Assembly (NCBI GenBank): GCA_012295275.1
Contig: CM022677.1
Span: forward strand, 25,606,001 to 25,670,000
Source: Chrysomallon squamiferum
Lineage: Eukaryota > Animalia > Mollusca
Length of the DNA stretch: 64,000 nt
Direction: 5' to 3'
The notes below the pieces were generated by a model that saw only the letters and a program-made list of their open reading frames with translations, did not search any database and was not told the origin of the DNA. Position 1 is the first letter of the stretch; every line of letters begins with the position of its first letter. The position numbers were made by a program, and so were the translations under genes. Shown piece after piece: positions 41,255 through 64,000 of this stretch.

Positions 41255-41328
<74 letters not shown>

Positions 41329-41929
41329 GCCCTCTCTCTTTATTTCCCTTTAATTTATTTTTCTCTTTGTCTTTTTTTTTTGTCTCTCTCACTCTGTATG
41401 TGTTTGTGTGCATGAGTGTGTGCATGAGTGTGAGTGTGTGTGTGCGTTGTGTCCATGTGTGTACACAAGTAAACAGGAAAACACATTTAACTATTGTTCA
41501 GTGTGTATGTGAATGAGGGAGTGCGCTCGTGCATATGTATGTATGTGTGTGTTTATATATATATATATATATGGATCATACATATGGATGTAAGTACGTA
41601 CGTATGTATGTGTGTGGGCATGTATGTTTGTCTATATTACACACAAACACACACAAACACTCATATATAAATATATATATATATATATATGTGGGTGTTT
41701 TTTTCTGTGTGTATATGTATCTATCTATATATATATATATATATGCGCCGGTTTTTCCGTGCACATTTTCCTATATATATAAAAAAACCGTGAATGGATA
41801 ATGTTTATTTTTACACGCAGACGTTTACGAATGTTTGGTAGTTGAGGTATGAAATTAGCTTCAACGTAAAAAAAACAAGAAGAAAACACCAAACACGTGT
41901 TTTTTAAATCTTCTCTTTTTAACCACAGA

Positions 41930-42240
41930 TTCTGAAACAGAGTATAGCGACCCGCAGCCCCCCGTACACCCCACCCCGCCAGTCCGTCCGATCCCGTAAT
42001 GCTTCTCGCTTTCTCGCTGGTGCATAGCGAGCCCCCAAGCCACGCGCTCATCTCGCGACCTGTCTCGTGCGCTCTTCGTCGGAACGTGGTTGCGACAGAT
42101 CGCTAGATGGCGCTGCGGATCGCTGCAGACGACAGAAACAAACGTTCCCATTCATTTGACGAGAGTGCGTCGATCGAGAGAGAAGAGAAGAGAGAAGAGA
42201 GAGAGGAAGGGAGAGAGATCGCTGTTTGTGAGTGAGGTGA
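41930..42240. promoter_or_regulatory. CpG/GC-rich island with CTCF-like motif (TCGCTAGATGGCGCTG, 42100-42115) and TCTCGCGA (42051-42058); candidate promoter or insulator
   Basis: Abrupt GC/CpG rise in non-coding DNA ~2.7 kb upstream of the 44915 ATG. Confidence 0.5.
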
Positions 42241-42417
42241 GTAGTAAAGAATTTTGTGGAATATAATCTTGTTGTTATTGTTATTATTATTATCCGTGTG
42301 TAGTTATTTGTGTTGCATTTTAAACTGTGTGTGTAACGTATTTCTTGTATTTCACATTTTTTGGACAAAGACGAAGAGTTTTACTGACTTTTTAACTTGT
42401 TAAAGTAAAAAGTTTGA

Positions 42418-42708
42418 CAGTATCACGTATATATATATAGTTATTTATATTGCACTGCATAGCTGGTGTGACATATTTCACATTTAGACAAAGACAAAGT
42501 GCTTACTTTTAATTTATTAAAGTAAAAGTTTGACGGTTTTAGTATGACATATAAAATGGGATTACATTTATACTTCATACTTTTAGAACATGTTACTTAT
42601 ATTTCGCATTTAGACAGATACAGTTTTTATTTATTAATTATTTTAATATTTGTATATAACTTATGTTAACTTTAGATACAGACTGAAAAGTTACGTGTAG
42701 TTTAGTCA
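42418..42708 (+). repeat. Dispersed repeat copy A (inverted relative to 52200-52464)
   Basis: e.g. catatttcacatttagacaaagacaaagtgcttacttttaatttattaaagtaaaag is the exact reverse complement of sequence in copy B. Confidence 0.85.
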
Positions 42709-42765
42709 CAATGGGACTGTTTCATACAGCACTGTTAATTAAATGGTTAATAAGCATCAACCAAA

Positions 42766-42841
<76 letters not shown>

Positions 42842-43900
42842 ACTCCTTCATAATAAGAATTATTCCTTACAACCAGACCGAAATGCAATATTCACTTATC
42901 TTACTTGTTCGTCAAAGTAAGAAAAGTAAATATTCTTACTACTATTTCGTCTGCTCAGAGATAAATCAGAAAAGAAGTATCATTTACTCATGTTTTTTTT
43001 TTTTTTGGTTTCTCTGTCTATCTCTTTTCTTTTCATACTTCAAGTAATATTAGTCCTATCTTTTGCTCTAACAGAGACTAAAATTTATTTTTCTTCTTTA
43101 ACATTTGATTTGTCACGATAAAACGTATACAGTAGTATTAATATCCTTTGGTATCTTAAGATAAAAAGAAAAACAGACATCTTATTTTTCTTTTTACTGT
43201 TAATTTTTGTTTTCTTAATTTGAAACTGCGATAATATTAGTCATATTTTTTTTTATTCTCTCTCAAACATAGATTACATTAAGAAATAATAATAATAATA
43301 ATATTTTGTTACTCATAAAAATTAAAGTTAAACAGATTACCAATAATCCACATAAATCTGTAAACGTGTATACAACACAACTGAAAACTATATGCGTAAC
43401 TTTTCCGTTACCTTTCATTTCCTGTAGTAATAACTAATTAATTTTCTTAATCTTCATTAATTAATTGCTTCGTAGATTATTTTAAGCATGTATTAATTTT
43501 GCTCAACAGTTTAAAATTCGTCACAAGCGAGTTATGAATATTCATGACCTAAAAACAAACAAAACGAAGTTTTTAACATACAGGAATGTTCTTCCGTTTA
43601 GGTCCCGAAACGATTTCACAGCTGGCGAAGTCGGGGGGATTCCATGACAACACAAAGACGACGTAAAGAGGCGGAGATTTCCGACATAATTCACGGATGA
43701 CCGGGAATTGCCGAAGTTAATTCTAGCTTGACTCTACTAAACAAGGGTCATCTTTAGCTCGGGGCGAAAAAGATATTTTATTTTTTGTTATTGTTGAATT
43801 TCTTCGAGTGAAAAGGACTGAGGCTGAGCTGTTAAGTGTCTCTAACCTGAAACTAGAGACAGAATTGAATAAAGGAGAAACAATTTTTAAAAACAGTTTT

Positions 43901-43962
<62 letters not shown>

Positions 43963-43971
43963 CAAAACGAA

Positions 43972-44018
<47 letters not shown>

Positions 44019-44914
44019 GTGAGTAAATAATGAAACATAATTAAAAAAGTAAATAAATCAAAAAAAAAAAAAATAAGTAAATAAATAATGAAACATAATT
44101 AAAGACAAAAATAAATAAATAGAAATAAGCTAATGATCAGTCATTTAAATGACAACAACAACAACAACAACGACGACAAATGATTACTTTTCCTTCATTA
44201 TTCACGACCGGATTTCAATTCACCAGCTGAAGTCGCAATTTCTTTTTTTTTTTTTTTTTTTTTTTTGAATAAGCGGATTTCTTACTTTGTCAAAAAACTT
44301 TTATGGCTGTGTGTATAGGAAACGTTTTCGTGACGTCATTTCTGACTGTAAGACATTCTTAGTTTGTAACTTGAAGCTGTCATTTTACGAGACATCAGAA
44401 ACCGACAGGAAGAGAGCGTTCAATTCATGGCTGAAAACGAGGCTAATTCTGCACGTGCTGCGATTTGACAGTGACAATATTAGGATGTACTGAATGCAGA
44501 GAGAGAGAGAGAGAGTGAGTGTCCATGTTGTAACTGTAAAAAAAAAATTTATATCTTTAAAACTGAAATAATAGAATTAACAACAACAAATCGTTTTTGG
44601 CTGGATTAAATATTCAGGATTTTCTGCTAAAAGTTTCAAAAGCTTGCTATTATTGTATAAAAAAAGAGCTTTTTCTGTTAAAAAAAAAAAAAAAAAAAAG
44701 AAAGAAGAAGAAAAATAAAAGTGCTATTTCAGAACTGTTTCAGTGTACAAAAAATCAACATTTAAAGTTTTAATCTTCCATTTTGAACTATGACGTCATA
44801 GCAGACGGTATCCGCCGATGGGTAACAAACGACTTGATTCGTCAGTTTCTAAATAAAAGAAACAGAAATAATTAGAAGATTTATAAAAAAAATAAAATAA
44901 AAAAAAATTAAAAA

Positions 44915-61312
<16,398 letters not shown>

Positions 61313-61455
61313 GTCGTGGCTACGTCGACGCTGCGGCGAGAGGCGAGTGTCAGCAGCTACGTGGACGACGCGACGAAACGCTCTACGCCGAACAGACGAG
61401 CTGCGCAGACGACAGCGATGTAGATGCCATGGAAACCGTCATCTGAGCCTCGACC

Positions 61456-62170
61456 GTAGTTCTACTTCAGTGGATCCTCGTACCTACTACTTCAGTGGAT
61501 CCTCGTACCTACTGCTTCAGCTACTTCGGTGGTGGATCTCCATCCACAGTGACTGTTTTATTCATTATACTACTTCAGTAGATCACAGTATTCACCCGTG
61601 ACTACTTCAGCAGTTTATATCCAGCTACTTTGCTACTTCGTTTGGATCATTGTGTCTGATTTATGTCCACTTTAGCAGATATTTAAACAGTGCTTCTTAT
61701 GCTTCAGTGGATATCAGTTTCAGCTGGATTATAACCAGACATTCCAGTACATCACTGAATTACTCTATTAATTTCTTAAAAATACATACTTGTTTGGATT
61801 GTAGTATCCTCTATATCTCTACATCCTCGGATCATAATAACGAATCTAATACTCCAAGTCTTATTTGAATTGCAGTATCCTGTGTATTTCTACTTCAGTG
61901 GATTGTAATAAACAATCTAATACTCCAGTACTTATTTGGATCATAGTATTAAGTTTATAACCCTACTTCAGTGGATTATTAAGGCATTAAATTTGGACCA
62001 TTTTGTCCAGTACTCTACATTACTTCATCTGATCATAACAGATGTTTCTACTTCTTTGGATCAAAACAGTGGCGTGTGTGTAGTCAAGTACATTAGTTCA
62101 TCTGATCATAATAACAGATGTGTCTACATCTTTGGATCAAAACAGTGGTGTGTATGTAGTCAAGTATGCA
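61456..62170. repeat. Degenerate TACTTCAGTGGATC-core repeat array in the 3' UTR of the 4-TM gene
   Basis: Two near-perfect 28-nt copies at ~61462-61515, then many decayed copies. Confidence 0.7.
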
Positions 62171-62696
62171 GTGTTTTTTTCTAGATTAATCAATATTTTG
62201 TCCATGTTATGGATCCATGGACCTGCCCAGGATTTCTTAAATGTGAGAGAAATCATTATAGTGACATAGTGCATGTATATGTGTGCATTGTATCTATGTG
62301 CATGCTGGACTTCAGCAAGGCCAAAGAACTACATTGGCACTGTACAGCAGATATTGATATGGGAAACCCATTTTCATTTAATCACTGCCGAAAATTCTTG
62401 TCCAGTCTGGGTTTTTTTTATTACAGTGTAAATCATAAAAAAAAAAAATGAAGTACACAAATTATATTTGTTTAATGTGCTTTACAGACAATATATCTAA
62501 ATATATTTAGATTATAGATACAATGTTTTTAAAATTATTTTTATACAATTTGTACATAGGCAGTGTAGTTAGATTTAAAAGATGGAATAGCACTAGATAT
62601 GTGGGACCATTATAGGAACAGATGATGATGATTCTGTATAGTTGCATTGGTTGGATAGTGTGTGTGTGTGTGTATGTGTGTGTGTGTGACAGAGAC

Positions 62697-62755
<59 letters not shown>

Positions 62756-62809
62756 AAATATCTAAAAATGCGACCAAACTATGAAATAAAAAAATAAGTA
62801 AATAAATTT

Positions 62810-62844
<35 letters not shown>

Positions 62845-63931
62845 AATAACAAATCTGACAGACCAGTGAAAAAAAACTCTGCACAATTGTCTGTTATCAA
62901 GCAATAATATGCGCTGAACTTGTCATCAATAATTTAGTTTATGTATCAGGATTTCTAACAACCTACTGTACTGAAATTTCAGTAATAAAATATATTTTGA
63001 CCTGTCTCTTTGTTGTCTGTCTGTCTGTTTACTTTTGAATGGAGATATCAAAACTGATGTAAACTGGAAAGATACGTAGATATATGAGAAACTGACAGCA
63101 TGGACTACACGATTGAATGACAGAGAAAAATGACATGTTCATGGAAACAATTACACATGGATATATGTATATAAATTATTATATGTATACATACACCTAT
63201 ACATATATATGTATATGAATAGCTGATTTATTATTAAAGTCACAATTCACATTTATAAAAATTGAAATAAAATTATAGCACATATGATCCATTGTTTTTT
63301 GACACTTTTTGTTCTGTCATTCATTGACCCTGTCTGTAGGTGACAACTGTTTCAGATTTTTGGGCATGCAGAAAATGATGAAAGACAAAGAATGATTTAC
63401 TTTGTAGAAGTAACAATTAACTTTCCTTACTGAGTAATTGTTTTTCTTTCTAAAGTTGTCTTGGTGACCCTGTGGTAATTTCTTTCTACAGAGAGGAGAT
63501 AAATGAGTGTCATATGTTTGTATCTCATCAGTGGCTTTTGAGGTTGTGATTGGACTTGTCTTCCTGTGCCAGACTGTTCCTGAATACTGTCTATGTGCAG
63601 AGTCTAATCAGACATACATAAGACACAGAGTATGTTTTCCTCAATACCTATATATATATGCATGCATACACACACATTTGCACACATTCATAGATACACA
63701 CAAATACATACATTTTGTATACACACACAATGTCTGTGTATGTATATATATGAAACACACACACACACACGCTACTTATACATATTTTAATAGGAAAATA
63801 AATACAAGTGCACTTGTAGCACTAATGTGATTTAATGAAAAACAAAAGCAGATACAACTAAAACTTTAATTCAATACTTGTGTCAACATGAATCTGCTTG
63901 GATCTGAATTTCTCATTAACAATGTTAATAA

Positions 63932-63972
<41 letters not shown>

Positions 63973-64000
63973 TGATAAATTGAAAATGGATTTCAATTTT

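Noticed and set aside
41725-42368. Minus-strand ORFs over the GC island as a small gene
   Set aside because: No recognisable protein features or exon chain; explained by local GC richness.
61456-62000. Multiple CAGTG loops as tandem IREs in the 3' UTR
   Set aside because: Flanks (tactt / atcct etc.) do not form the 5-bp upper stem; likewise the CAGTG sites at 190, 1139, 27939 and 44741.

Overview
AT-rich, microsatellite-dense eukaryotic DNA, probably from an invertebrate animal (lophotrochozoan-like; the taxon cannot be fixed from sequence alone). Three intron-containing genes lie head-to-tail on the + strand. (1) A cytosolic aconitase/iron regulatory protein (ACO1/IRP1 type) at ~1.7-27.1 kb, about 889 aa from 21 constitutive coding exons seen. 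(2) The signal peptidase catalytic subunit SEC11 at 31.0-35.8 kb, 6 exons, 182 aa. (3) A four-transmembrane CD20/sarcospan/ENTREP(FAM189)-like protein with a ~900-aa Tyr/PPxY-rich disordered tail at 44.9-61.4 kb. Most ORFs in the supplied track are microsatellite artefacts. Headline finding: a 177-nt frame-preserving exon (10054-10230) between the two largest introns of the IRP1-type gene. It encodes a Cys/Pro/Gly-rich peptide (CPNPGGG...CRVC...CPFH) resembling the supposedly vertebrate IRP2-specific insert, at the same position. One gene may therefore make both IRP1-like and IRP2-like isoforms by alternative splicing. Secondary findings: two apparent -1 frameshifts at homopolymers, a GC-AG intron, duplicated splice acceptors, an inverted repeat pair around an exon, and clusters of CRE, kB-like and E-box motifs. 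All exon calls and comparisons to human proteins were made by eye and from memory; none were searched.
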